A DNA stretch of 63,568 nt from a virus (taxonomy: Duplodnaviria; Caudoviricetes). Every line of letters begins with the position of its first letter. Position 1 is the stretch's first letter. The translations under genes were made by a program, and so were the position numbers. Below the pieces are notes generated by a model that ran no database searches, had not been told where the DNA came from, and saw only the letters and a program-made list of their open reading frames with translations. Location of the stretch: positions 1 through 63,568 of IMG/VR virus record IMGVR_UViG_3300034064_001787. One strand, written 5' to 3'. This document shows, piece after piece, positions 8,818 to 18,078 of the stretch.

Positions 8818-9609
8818 ATGTCTCAAAATTCTAAATGGTTCAGCATCGCCAAAGATGCCATTGCCCCCCGCGCTACGGAAATTCTCGATAGCATTCACAG
8901 TGCCATCACTGGCGCGATTCCATGCCTTGGCATTGTGCGATACAATGCCAAAATTGAAGGCGTCTCTTTGAAAGAACTGGTGGCCAAGTATGGCGACGGC
9001 ACGCGCAAAACTTTCGATAATGCACTGCCCCACGCTGAAGTTTTGCGTTTTTGTGAAGGAAAGTTGCCAGAATCGGCTTACTTCGCCATCACCTACGCGA
9101 AAGCAAGAGAAATTCGTGCCGCGTTTGAAGCGCACAAAGACAATACCGCCGCGAAAGAAGCCGCCGAAAAATATCTCTCCGTTTCCAAGTTTCGCGGAGC
9201 ATGGGCGGATGAACTCATTAAACGCATTAATGAGGCCGCTAAGAAGCCGGAAGCCAAGCCGGAAGATGGCAAGCCGGAAGATGGCAAGCCCGAAGATGGC
9301 AAGCCCGAAGATGGCAAGCCCGAAGATGGCAAGCCGGAAGATGGCAAGCCGGAAGATGGCAAGCCCGAAGATGGCAAGCCCGAAGAAACGGCTACGCTAG
9401 ATCAATTCCAGTTTATCACTGAGCTGGAAAAGCTCACACGCCGACTTTCGCCAGATAAGGCGGAAATCACGCGCTCCATGCTGGCTCGCGCGGTGAATGA
9501 TGCGACCGCATGGCGCAAATTCTGCGGTCTTAGCGAGGAAGCCGCCCCCCCTGTCAACGTGATTCCACTTCACACGCCAGCGAAGAAACGCGAGAAAAAG
9601 GCTGCTTAA
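8818..9609 (+). CDS. Hypothetical early protein with (KPEDG)8 repeat
   Basis: 263-aa ORF followed by a terminator. Confidence 0.8.
   Translation: MSQNSKWFSIAKDAIAPRATEILDSIHSAITGAIPCLGIVRYNAKIEGVSLKELVAKYGDGTRKTFDNALPHAEVLRFCEGKLPESAYFAITYAKAREIRAAFEAHKDNTAAKEAAEKYLSVSKFRGAWADELIKRINEAAKKPEAKPEDGKPEDGKPEDGKPEDGKPEDGKPEDGKPEDGKPEDGKPEETATLDQFQFITELEKLTRRLSPDKAEITRSMLARAVNDATAWRKFCGLSEEAAPPVNVIPLHTPAKKREKKAA
9256..9386 (+). repeat. 15-bp tandem repeat AAGCC(G/C)GAAGATGGC, 8 full copies plus a partial
   Basis: Read directly. Confidence 0.95.
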
Positions 9610-9625
9610 CCTGCCAAGCCTCACG

Positions 9626-9658
9626 CGAGGCGCGGAGAAATCCGCGCCTCGTTTTTTT
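9626..9658 (+). terminator. Intrinsic terminator
   Basis: CGAGGCGCGGA-GAAA-TCCGCGCCTCG-T7. Confidence 0.85.
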
Positions 9659-9715
9659 GACCTGGTTCCCGAAAGTGGCGCGTCCGCGCTCACCGGGAGA
9701 ATCATGCCCACCCCT

Positions 9716-9731
9716 GTCCCTATGTAGGGAC
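9716..9731. promoter_or_regulatory. Palindromic operator-like site
   Basis: GTCCCTATGTAGGGAC, matching 8745-8760. Confidence 0.5.
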
Positions 9732-9761
9732 GCTGTTTGAAACGTCCACTGCTCTTTTGCC

Positions 9762-10325
9762 ATGAAATCGTCCGACTCATTTTTCCAAGAGGGGCTGCCG
9801 CCCCACCTCTCCCGCCCGCGCTGCCACGGTGAATTTTTCGAGGAACCCCTCACCTACGAGAGCGGCTTCCACAACGCGGACATCGTGCTCTCCGGCGACG
9901 GCGTGCATGCCGCCACCTCCGGCGGGCAGGTCATCCTCGTTCGCCATCCGAACGCGCTGTCTCCCGGCATCTACGGCAAGTTCAAGGGCCGCCTCATCAA
10001 GGCCCGCAGCAAGGCGTCCATCCGCGATCGCCGTTGGCTCGATCCCGCCGAGCACGCCCGCATCACCGCGCATCAGGAGCGCAAGCACCGCCTCGCCCAT
10101 CCGCTCACCTACCGCAAGCCGCCACCCAAGCCCTCCAAGGCCGAGCGCGAGCACCTGCACACGGAGCGTGAACGCGCCGACTACGCTGCCGAGCAGAAAC
10201 GCCTGGCCACCGCCGTGCCGCCGGCCCCGCCGGAAATCGTCTGCCCCATGGAAGCTGATCGCCTAACCCTGCTGGCCCGCATCGCCGCGCACAACGCCCG
10301 CTTTGGCAATAAACGCCGCGCCTGA
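9762..10325 (+). CDS. Hypothetical protein
   Basis: 187-aa ORF with C-ending codon bias. Confidence 0.7.
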   Translation: MKSSDSFFQEGLPPHLSRPRCHGEFFEEPLTYESGFHNADIVLSGDGVHAATSGGQVILVRHPNALSPGIYGKFKGRLIKARSKASIRDRRWLDPAEHARITAHQERKHRLAHPLTYRKPPPKPSKAEREHLHTERERADYAAEQKRLATAVPPAPPEIVCPMEADRLTLLARIAAHNARFGNKRRA

Positions 10326-10451
10326 TCTCCCCACCCCAAAACCAAACCAGCCCGTGTCCGCCTCCGTGCGGCACGGGCTTTCTTCTGCCCACCTTTCATC
10401 CTTCATCCTTCCTCCTTCATCCTTCATCCTTCCTCCTTCATCCTTTTCCCC

Positions 10452-10655
10452 ATGACTCTCTCCTTCACCCCCACCGTCCGCACCGCCGCGCCCGATCTCC
10501 TCGAATCCACCGGCGATGAATCCACCGTCCGCGCCCACTGCGCCAACATCCTGCGCGCCGCCCGCGCCCGTGGGGAGCGGCCCCGTGCCGTGCTCACCGG
10601 CGTCCTGAAGCGCGTCTATCAGCTCTCCAACGGCCTGCTCAAACTCTGCCTGTGA
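10452..10655 (+). CDS. Hypothetical protein
   Basis: 67-aa ORF after a TTCATCC repeat leader. Confidence 0.6.
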   Translation: MTLSFTPTVRTAAPDLLESTGDESTVRAHCANILRAARARGERPRAVLTGVLKRVYQLSNGLLKLCL

Positions 10656-10660
10656 CCGCC

Positions 10661-11140
10661 ATGAAACGCCGCGCCCGCTATTCCTTCGGCCAGTTCCGCA
10701 TCGAGACGCTCCGGGAGACGCCCCACGAGGGCCACCTCGAAAGCCCCGCGCAGATCCACACCTACTGGCACCAGCACGTCGCCCCCAGCCCACAGATGCA
10801 GCTCCCAGACAAGGAGCACCTTGTCGTCGTGCTGCTCAACACCCACCTCCGCCCGCTCGGCTGGCACCTGGTGTCCATGGGCAGCCTGAACTCGTGCGAT
10901 TCCCATCCCCGCGAGATCCTGCGCCCCGTCCTCATCGGCGCGGCGCACGGCTTCCTCCTCATGCACAACCACCCCAGTGGCGATCCCACGCCGTCCGATC
11001 CCGACCGCCGCCTCACCCGCCGCATGAAGGACTGCGCCGCGAGCCTCGGCCTCCACTTCATCGACCACGTCATCATCGGCCACGAACTCCCCCACCAATC
11101 CCGGCCCTTCTTCTCCTTCCGCGAACACGGCCTGCTTTAA
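10661..11140 (+). CDS. radC: RadC-like JAB domain protein
   Basis: E...HPREI...HNHPSGDPTPSDPD...DHVIIG motifs. Confidence 0.9.
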   Translation: MKRRARYSFGQFRIETLRETPHEGHLESPAQIHTYWHQHVAPSPQMQLPDKEHLVVVLLNTHLRPLGWHLVSMGSLNSCDSHPREILRPVLIGAAHGFLLMHNHPSGDPTPSDPDRRLTRRMKDCAASLGLHFIDHVIIGHELPHQSRPFFSFREHGLL

Positions 11141-11352
11141 TCCCTTTCAACCATGCCTCGAAACACCCGTCCCTGCCGCCGCGCTGCCGAGCGCGAATTC
11201 CTCCACACCCTCATCGCCACCGGCAAAACCCTCGCCCAGCGAGCGCCAGAGCCAGAAAAACGCCAAGCCGCCACCCGCGTCACCCGCCGCCTCAAACTGC
11301 TGCTGCTGTGAGGTCTTCATCCTTCCTCCTTCCTCCTTCATCCTTTCCCCGC

Positions 11353-12213
11353 ATGTCTCTCCCCAACACCGCCCTCCTCGCCCGGCTGCGCATCTGCATG
11401 CCGGGAAATCGCCACAAGGACGCCACCCTGACCCATGACGTGCATGCCCGGCACGGCATGTCCGCAGATTCCGGCCTCTACCAGAAGCTGCTGCTGCCAG
11501 AGACGGCCTACCACCAGCACAAGCGCGTGGCCCACGCCGCCCGCAAGGAGCACCAGCGCCGCACCTTCAGCACGGACTACGGGGCCATCCTGCCCGCCGC
11601 GAAGGTGGACGACTTCATCGAAACCCTGACCGCCCGCCGCACCGAGTGGGACGCAGCAAACACCGACTTCTTCCGCCACTACCCCAAATACCTGGACACG
11701 GCCCGCCGCAAGCTCAACGGAGCCTTCAAGCCGGAGGACTACCCCGCGCCGTCCGAACTGCCACGGCTGTTTGTCTTCGAGTTCCAACTGCTGCCCATGC
11801 CCAGTGTGGACGCGCTGGATCACATCATCGGCCTGGCCGATGGCCGCGTGGCGGAGATGCGGCAGCAGCTCACCCGCACGGCGCAGGCCGCCGGGGAGGC
11901 CACACGCCACCAGCTCCTCCAGCGCATCCTCGACCGCCTGCAACGCCTCGGCTTGTCTTTGGCAAACCCGGACTCACCCCTGCGCCATGACACCGTGGAC
12001 CGCTTCCGCGAGCTCCTCGATGACGCAGCGGCGATGAACCTCACGAACGATCCCGGCATCACCCGCCTCGTCGCCGACTGCCGCGCGCACCTCACCCTCG
12101 CCACCGAGTCCCTGCGCCACGATCCCGTCGTCCGCAACCGCACCCTGGCCGCCACCAGCCTCCTCCTCCAGTCCCACGGCCGCCGCATCGAAACACCGAA
12201 GGCCAGTGCCTGA
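11353..12213 (+). CDS. DUF3150-like protein
   Basis: Helical ORF with LNGAFKPEDYP...F.F pattern, recalled similarity; start placed after the repeat leader. Confidence 0.55.
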   Translation: MSLPNTALLARLRICMPGNRHKDATLTHDVHARHGMSADSGLYQKLLLPETAYHQHKRVAHAARKEHQRRTFSTDYGAILPAAKVDDFIETLTARRTEWDAANTDFFRHYPKYLDTARRKLNGAFKPEDYPAPSELPRLFVFEFQLLPMPSVDALDHIIGLADGRVAEMRQQLTRTAQAAGEATRHQLLQRILDRLQRLGLSLANPDSPLRHDTVDRFRELLDDAAAMNLTNDPGITRLVADCRAHLTLATESLRHDPVVRNRTLAATSLLLQSHGRRIETPKASA

Positions 12214-12251
12214 GTTCATCCTTCATCCTTCACCCTTCATCCTTTCCTCCC

Positions 12252-12446
12252 ATGCCCCGCGAACTCCTCCTCCCTATCCCGCACGCCATCGCCGACAAAG
12301 TGCATCACCTACTCACCGACGAGGCCGAATTCCACCTCGACCCCTCGCGCTGCGATAATCCCAATCCAACCCTTGGCCGCGATTTCGAGCAACTCGCCGA
12401 AAAGCTCGAAACCCTTGCCCGCGAAGCCGGAGTGATCGGCTGGTAA
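12252..12446 (+). CDS. Hypothetical protein
   Basis: 64-aa ORF. Confidence 0.6.
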   Translation: MPRELLLPIPHAIADKVHHLLTDEAEFHLDPSRCDNPNPTLGRDFEQLAEKLETLAREAGVIGW

Positions 12447-12475
12447 CTTCCCCCAAACCCACACCCACACCACCC

Positions 12476-12652
12476 ATGAAAGCCACCATCAAAAACAACA
12501 TCCTCACCATCGAAATCCCGCTCCAGCCACCCACGGCCTCCAAGAGCGGCAAAAGCCTCGTCGTCGCCACCTCCGGCGGCAACATCGCCACCACCGCAGA
12601 GGTGAACGGCAAACCCGTGACCATCGGCCTCAACGCCTACATCAAAGCCTAG
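12476..12652 (+). CDS. Small beta-rich phage protein (58 aa)
   Basis: MKATIKNNILTIEI...SKSGKSLVVATSGGN...GLNAY; below the ORF-track cutoff. Confidence 0.7.
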   Translation: MKATIKNNILTIEIPLQPPTASKSGKSLVVATSGGNIATTAEVNGKPVTIGLNAYIKA

Positions 12653-12878
12653 TTCCCCGTCTCCCAGTCTCCCCGTCTGCATTGACAGACGCCGTCCCTC
12701 GAAGCCCGTCCGCTGGCTGCACGCTCTGCTTCTCCTTCTGTGAGTCGCCACCTGAGCTGCCCCGGACGGGCTTCGCTTTGACACCTCACGAAGCCCGTGC
12801 CGCCCCATGCGCCACGGGCTTCGTCTTTCTCCCCGTTTCATCCTTCCTCCTTCATCCTTCATCCTTGCCACCCCACCC

Positions 12879-13136
12879 ATGGCCTCCCCCTTCGACATGC
12901 GCCCGGACGCGCGGCAAACGCAAGCCCGGCAGATGCTGCGCGATGCCGCCGCGCACCTCACCCAACTCTCCCACCGCACCGACCTCGACGACGACGAGTT
13001 CGAGATGGCGCTGGCCAATGAACTCCTCCTCGTGACCAACGCCCGCCAGTGGTGGAAGAAGGCCCGCGAGGAAAAACAGCAGGTGCTCCAACACCACCGC
13101 GCCCACCTGAAGCGCGCCGCCCTGCTGGATGTGTGA
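12879..13136 (+). CDS. Hypothetical protein
   Basis: ORF after a repeat leader. Confidence 0.6.
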   Translation: MASPFDMRPDARQTQARQMLRDAAAHLTQLSHRTDLDDDEFEMALANELLLVTNARQWWKKAREEKQQVLQHHRAHLKRAALLDV

Positions 13137-13162
13137 CCCTCAACCCTCCGCCTCTTCCCGCC

Positions 13163-13450
13163 ATGAACCGACACACCACCGAACGCCTCTACCCAGGCCA
13201 GCAACCCAGCGCCCTCCAGCACATCGACCTCACCCGGCATCTGCCCAGCCTCAAAAGCAGCCTGTCGCCCCAGCCGATCAAACGCTTCGATGAAGCGCCT
13301 GAATTTACCCGGCTGCGCCCACCGCCCACCGCGAAGCCCGACCTCACCCCTCGCCTCCTGCTCGGCGCATTTCTCCTCCTCACCGTCCTCCCCGTGGCCG
13401 CCCTGCTTTACAAGCAGTGGCGGCCCGTGACGACGTCCCAACGCCCATGA
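13163..13450 (+). CDS. Hypothetical protein with C-terminal TM helix
   Basis: LLLGAFLLLTVLPVAALLY. Confidence 0.55.
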   Translation: MNRHTTERLYPGQQPSALQHIDLTRHLPSLKSSLSPQPIKRFDEAPEFTRLRPPPTAKPDLTPRLLLGAFLLLTVLPVAALLYKQWRPVTTSQRP

Positions 13451-13666
13451 ACTTTTCCGACCTCTCCCCCGCCGCCGAAATCAGTCTGCTGCTGGGGATC
13501 ACCCTCCTCCTCCTCACCGGCCTCCGGCTGCTCCTCAAACGCTGACCATGGACCTCGCCCCACCACCTCCCTTCTCCGGCCTGCGCGTCCTCGCGCTGCT
13601 GGCCTTGCTCTTCTGGACCGTCCTCCTCTTCGTCATTTCCCACTAATTCATCCTTCATCCCTCCCC

Positions 13667-14200
13667 ATGACTCTCACCTTCCGCCCCAACGGCACCTACG
13701 CCTGCCCCGGCCTCGGCTCCACCCGTGACCTCGCCGTCTTCTCCACCCTCGGCCTGCCACCCGTGCTCGAACAGCGCGGCTGCAGCGACTGCCCCGTCTT
13801 CACCTCTTGCAAGATGTCCCACTGGACGCAGATGGCTGTGGAAATCTCCGACATCCCCGCCCTCCAGCAGGCCGCGCAGGAACTCGGCTGCTTCTTCATC
13901 GAAAGCGGCCAGGCCCGTGGCTACGCCGGGCGGAACCGGCACGCCGCCTACGTCCTCCAAACCCCCGAACCCTGCCGCTACGACATCGCCGTCGATCCCG
14001 CCGCTGATGGCAAGCTGGCCCTCACCACCGACTGGTGGGGTGGGGACGTGGCCCGCGTCGTCGGCGACAACTACGGCAAGCTCCTCCAGCACTACGGCAT
14101 CGCCAAAGCCGAACTGGCCGCCCACGCCGAAGGCTACCTCACCACCCGCGAAACCTGCGCCAACGGCGACCTCAAGCTCCACATCGACATCCTGGCTTAA
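13667..14200 (+). CDS. DUF1257 (Ycf35-like) protein; possible start at 13814
   Basis: MSHWTQ...D..AL..A..ELG N-terminus and L.Q.Y...A...GY C-terminus. Confidence 0.75.
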   Translation: MTLTFRPNGTYACPGLGSTRDLAVFSTLGLPPVLEQRGCSDCPVFTSCKMSHWTQMAVEISDIPALQQAAQELGCFFIESGQARGYAGRNRHAAYVLQTPEPCRYDIAVDPAADGKLALTTDWWGGDVARVVGDNYGKLLQHYGIAKAELAAHAEGYLTTRETCANGDLKLHIDILA

Positions 14201-14221
14201 CCAAGCACCCCTCTTTTCCCC

Positions 14222-14416
14222 ATGAAAAAACTCATCGTCACCGCCACGCCAACCGGTAAAACCACCATCGAAGCCGAAGGCTTCCAAGGCCAAGGCTGCA
14301 CCCAGGCCAGCGACTTCCTCGTCCGCGCCCTCGGCACCATCGAGTCCCGCACCGACAAACCCGAGATGCACGAAATCGCCCCCGCGCTGGATCAAGGCCT
14401 CCACCTCAACGCATGA
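14222..14416 (+). CDS. DUF2997 protein
   Basis: G.TTIEAEGFQGQGC..AS..L..ALG pattern; adjacent to DUF1257. Confidence 0.8.
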   Translation: MKKLIVTATPTGKTTIEAEGFQGQGCTQASDFLVRALGTIESRTDKPEMHEIAPALDQGLHLNA

Positions 14417-14823
14417 GCCTGTCCGCCGAACTGCGCGCTGAGCGCCTCATGACCTGCGCGGAGCGTGATCGCCTGCTCACGCAGGGATTCTCCGCTGCCG
14501 TGATCGACGCGCTGGCCGAGCGCGGCTACCGCCCCTGCCAACCGCCGGGAAACCCACCCAAGCAGGAAAACCGCTGCGGGTTCCTGCGCCAGACCACCCT
14601 GCCGCACCTCCACCTCTCCCTGTGCCCTGGCGATGGCCTGGAAGAGCTGGACACCGCCCTCTACGAGGCCGGACGTCGCGACGGGCACGACACCCTCGCT
14701 AGTTACTTCATGCGCTTCTTCGAGTGCGTGAAGGCCCGCCCCGCCGCGCCCGACCTCAGCACCCTGGAGCAGCGCCTCGCTGCCCTCGAAGCCCGCCTCT
14801 CAACCGAAACCCCTCCCTCATGA
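14413..14823 (+). CDS. Hypothetical protein
   Basis: ATGA-coupled ORF. Confidence 0.65.
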   Translation: MSLSAELRAERLMTCAERDRLLTQGFSAAVIDALAERGYRPCQPPGNPPKQENRCGFLRQTTLPHLHLSLCPGDGLEELDTALYEAGRRDGHDTLASYFMRFFECVKARPAAPDLSTLEQRLAALEARLSTETPPS

Positions 14824-15131
14824 AAAGCTCCGACTACCTCTTCCTCCCACCGTCCCATGAGACCTGGATCATGCACGTCCCCGTGATCAACACCTGCCAC
14901 ATTCAGCAAGAAGACGATGCCCGTCTGTCACAAGACGACATCGGCAACGGCCCCGTCATGGCCGACCTCAAACCCGGCTACCTGCTCTCGATCGACGATC
15001 TGGCCGACTTTGAAGGCTACTCCGACGCCTTCCTCCACCTCCTCGAAACCTTCCACAACCTCGGCTTCCACTACCTGCGCCTCGACCCCGATGGCAACGT
15101 CCTCGACGACCTGCCGCAGTTCGACTGGTGA
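14820..15131 (+). CDS. DUF5983-like protein
   Basis: C-terminal YLRLDPDG.VLDDLPQFDW. Confidence 0.6.
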   Translation: MKSSDYLFLPPSHETWIMHVPVINTCHIQQEDDARLSQDDIGNGPVMADLKPGYLLSIDDLADFEGYSDAFLHLLETFHNLGFHYLRLDPDGNVLDDLPQFDW

Positions 15132-15163
15132 TCCTCCTCGTCCTCCCACTCCTACTCAACCCG

Positions 15164-15186
15164 CCCGCTTCACGCGGGCTTTTTTA
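15164..15186 (+). terminator. Intrinsic terminator
   Basis: GCCCGC-TTCAC-GCGGGC-T6. Confidence 0.7.
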
Positions 15187-15212
15187 TACCCACCCTCCAC
15201 CCTCACACTCCT

Positions 15213-15641
15213 ATGGGCGACCGCTGCCACATGACCATCTACTGCCGTCCGCAAGACACGGCCCGCTTCGAAGAACTCGGCTTCACCGCGCAAATCCCTG
15301 AAACCGCCTTCAACGACGGCACCGTCGAAATGCTCGACGAAGAAGCCAACTACGCGCACCACGGGTCACTTCCCACCGACATCCCGTGGACCGGTTCCCA
15401 CCATGAAGGCGGCAACTACGGCCCCGCCGAGCTGCACTGCCCCGGCGAAGGCCGCATCTGGGAATGGGAAACCAACACCAACCACAGCGCCTACTGCTTC
15501 TCCCATCCCATCACCGATTCCCACGACTTCATCACCGAGATCCTCCAGTTCAACGCCTTCTACGAAGCCTACCTTCGAACCACCCACCTGCTATGCCCTC
15601 CCGCCCCCGATCCCGCGAGCAGCGCTACGAACGCTGCCTGA
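15213..15641 (+). CDS. Hypothetical protein
   Basis: 142-aa ORF. Confidence 0.7.
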   Translation: MGDRCHMTIYCRPQDTARFEELGFTAQIPETAFNDGTVEMLDEEANYAHHGSLPTDIPWTGSHHEGGNYGPAELHCPGEGRIWEWETNTNHSAYCFSHPITDSHDFITEILQFNAFYEAYLRTTHLLCPPAPDPASSATNAA

Positions 15642-15813
15642 AGACCGTCCACGCCGCCCTGTGCCAGCAAGCAGAAGATTTGGAAAGCATCGGTGCCACA
15701 CCATACAGCAACGACACCCTCGCCCTCATGAACCGCCTCTGCGCCCGCATCACCCGCACCCTCACCCCACGCCCCATCACCTCCAAGCAAATCCACCGCC
15801 TCCTCTCAAAACC

Positions 15814-16107
15814 ATGACTCTTTCCGATTTCCTTAATCTCCGAGGAGAGAACCACCAGTTCACAGAGGATGCTGAGCAAGCCTCCTTTCGAGCCCGTGGG
15901 TATCAAATCGGTTGGTATAGCACTCAAACCCTTGATGCCCTTCCATCCAAAGCCAAACCCGTCCGATTCAAAGAGATACCCCCGTGCCTCCGCTCCGGCT
16001 TCACCCCCAAAGACATCGTGAAAGCCTGGCGTTACCGCCGCGCCTGCGGCGAGCTCTCCCGCTACTACTTTCAAGACCGCGACGGCGATCTCCAGTCCGC
16101 CCAGTAA
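15814..16107 (+). CDS. Hypothetical protein
   Basis: ORF from ATG 15814. Confidence 0.55.
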   Translation: MTLSDFLNLRGENHQFTEDAEQASFRARGYQIGWYSTQTLDALPSKAKPVRFKEIPPCLRSGFTPKDIVKAWRYRRACGELSRYYFQDRDGDLQSAQ

Positions 16108-16144
16108 TTCCCCATTCATCCTTCATCCTTCATCCTTCATCATT

Positions 16145-17689
16145 ATGAACCTCAGCCTCCACATCCGCGCCGGTTACGCCGGCCTACTCATCACCACGCA
16201 CGAAGAATCCCGCGCGCTGGACACCTGCCGCAGCGTCGCCACCGAGCTGGACCGCCCGCTCCTCGCGTGGTCCTGCGCCACCGGCCTGTCCGATCTCAAC
16301 GCCACGCCCCAGTTCTCCAATCCCGGCCTCAAGACACCCATCCAGCTCTTCGAGGCGCTGGGAAACCTCCCCGCGCCCTGCCTGCTCGTCCTGTATGACC
16401 TGCCCATCTTCTTCTCGGCACCGAATCCGTCCCTCACCCGCACCTTCCGCCTCGCGCTGAACACCGCGAAGGCCAAGGGCATCACCCTGCTCGTCCTCAG
16501 CCCCGGCACACCCGCCCTGCCGCCAGACATCGCCAAACTCCTCACCCCACTGCCGCTCCCGCTGCCCACGCGGGAGGAACTGGCCGCCGTGATCGACCGC
16601 CTGTGCCACCACCCCAGCGAGTCCGGCGAGATGCACCGCCTGCGCGAGATCCCCACCGGGGATGAGTTGCAAGCCCTCACCGACGCCGCCAGCGGCCTCA
16701 CCGAAAACGAGGCGGAGGACGCCTACGCCCTCTCCCTCGTCCAACACGGACGCTTTGACCCGCCCACCGTCGAGGCGCAAAAAGCCGCCACCCTGGCCGC
16801 CAACGGCCTGCTGCACTACCTCAAACCCAAAGGCACCCTGGCCGACATCGGCGGCTGGGACGCTTACAAAGCGCACCTGCGCACCACCCGTGGCCAGTTC
16901 TCCCAGGCCGCCAAGGACTACGGCCTCGTGCCCACCAAAGGAGACCTCTTCGTCGGCAGCCCCGGCTGCGGCAAATCCCTCGCCGCCAGCATCCTCGGCG
17001 CGGAATTCAAGATCGCCACGCTGCGCTGCCGCCTGGACAGCCTGCGCGGCTCTCTCCTCGGCCAGACGGAGGCGAACTGGCGCAGCGTCGTGGAGACCGC
17101 CCGCACGCTGGCCCCGTGCATCCTCCACCTGGAGGAGCCGGACGGCCTGCTCTCTGGCCACGCCAGCAGCGGCAAGACGGACGGCGGCACCACCGCCACC
17201 CTCGTCAAAGCCATGCTGCAGGACATCGAAGCCAGCGACGGCATCTACTGGATCCTCACCACCAACGACATCGACTGCCTGCCGGATCCCCTCATCGACC
17301 GCCTCAACGTCTGGAACGTCGATCTCCCGAACGAAACTGAGCGCGGCGAAATCTGGCAGATCCAGATGCGCCACACCAAGCGCGATCCCCACACCGTGTG
17401 CCCCAAAGGCCTCGTCGGCATCGTCAAAGCCACGGACGGCTTCTCCGGCCGCCAGATCGAGCGCGTGTGGCACAAAGCCCTCTCCCTGGCCTTTGCCGAT
17501 GCCGCCCGCGAACCGCAGGAGAAGGACATCCTCTCCGCCCTCATCGGCGAGGTGCCCACCAGCAAGACCATGGCCGCCACCATCGAAGCCCGCCGCACCC
17601 GCCTCGAAGGCAAAGCCAAACCCGTCACCAGCCCCACCCTCGGCAAACTCATGACCGCCAAAGGCCGCAACGTCCAAGCCGCAGGGTGA
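16145..17689 (+). CDS. Ycf46-like AAA+ ATPase
   Basis: N-terminal T.EE.R motif, DIGG, Walker A GSPGCGKS, atypical Walker B LHLEE, GFSG..IE. Confidence 0.85.
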   Translation: MNLSLHIRAGYAGLLITTHEESRALDTCRSVATELDRPLLAWSCATGLSDLNATPQFSNPGLKTPIQLFEALGNLPAPCLLVLYDLPIFFSAPNPSLTRTFRLALNTAKAKGITLLVLSPGTPALPPDIAKLLTPLPLPLPTREELAAVIDRLCHHPSESGEMHRLREIPTGDELQALTDAASGLTENEAEDAYALSLVQHGRFDPPTVEAQKAATLAANGLLHYLKPKGTLADIGGWDAYKAHLRTTRGQFSQAAKDYGLVPTKGDLFVGSPGCGKSLAASILGAEFKIATLRCRLDSLRGSLLGQTEANWRSVVETARTLAPCILHLEEPDGLLSGHASSGKTDGGTTATLVKAMLQDIEASDGIYWILTTNDIDCLPDPLIDRLNVWNVDLPNETERGEIWQIQMRHTKRDPHTVCPKGLVGIVKATDGFSGRQIERVWHKALSLAFADAAREPQEKDILSALIGEVPTSKTMAATIEARRTRLEGKAKPVTSPTLGKLMTAKGRNVQAAG

Positions 17690-17760
17690 TCCTACCTCGC
17701 TGCGAGGGCAGGGGCTTTCCCTCTGCTTTCATCCTTCATCTTTTATCCTTCATCCTTTTC

Positions 17761-18057
17761 ATGAACGACCTCAACGACATCTCCCTCCTCATCCTGGCCG
17801 ATCTCGGCTGCCAACCGCGCCGCCTCAAAGCCCGCATTGATTCGCTCTGCCAGAGCCAACAGGGCGTCGGCCACACGCTGCCGCCCAAGCCCCTCCGCGC
17901 GCTGGAGCAGCGCGGCTGGCTCATCCTGCGCGGCGGCCACGAGAGAAAAGCCAACTACTCCATCGAAGTGACCGATGAAGGCCTGGCCGTCCACCGCTCC
18001 CTCATGCAACACCTCCGCGCCTTCCCCGTCGCCGCCCCAGCCGCCGTAGCCGCGTGA
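17761..18057 (+). CDS. Winged-helix protein
   Basis: LRALEQRGWL...Y.IEVTDEG pattern. Confidence 0.55.
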   Translation: MNDLNDISLLILADLGCQPRRLKARIDSLCQSQQGVGHTLPPKPLRALEQRGWLILRGGHERKANYSIEVTDEGLAVHRSLMQHLRAFPVAAPAAVAA

Positions 18058-18078
18058 TCGGACTTCCCTTGACTTCCC

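Noticed and set aside
9256-9386. CRISPR array
   Set aside because: Spacer-less in-frame tandem repeat; no repeat-spacer array was seen anywhere in the window
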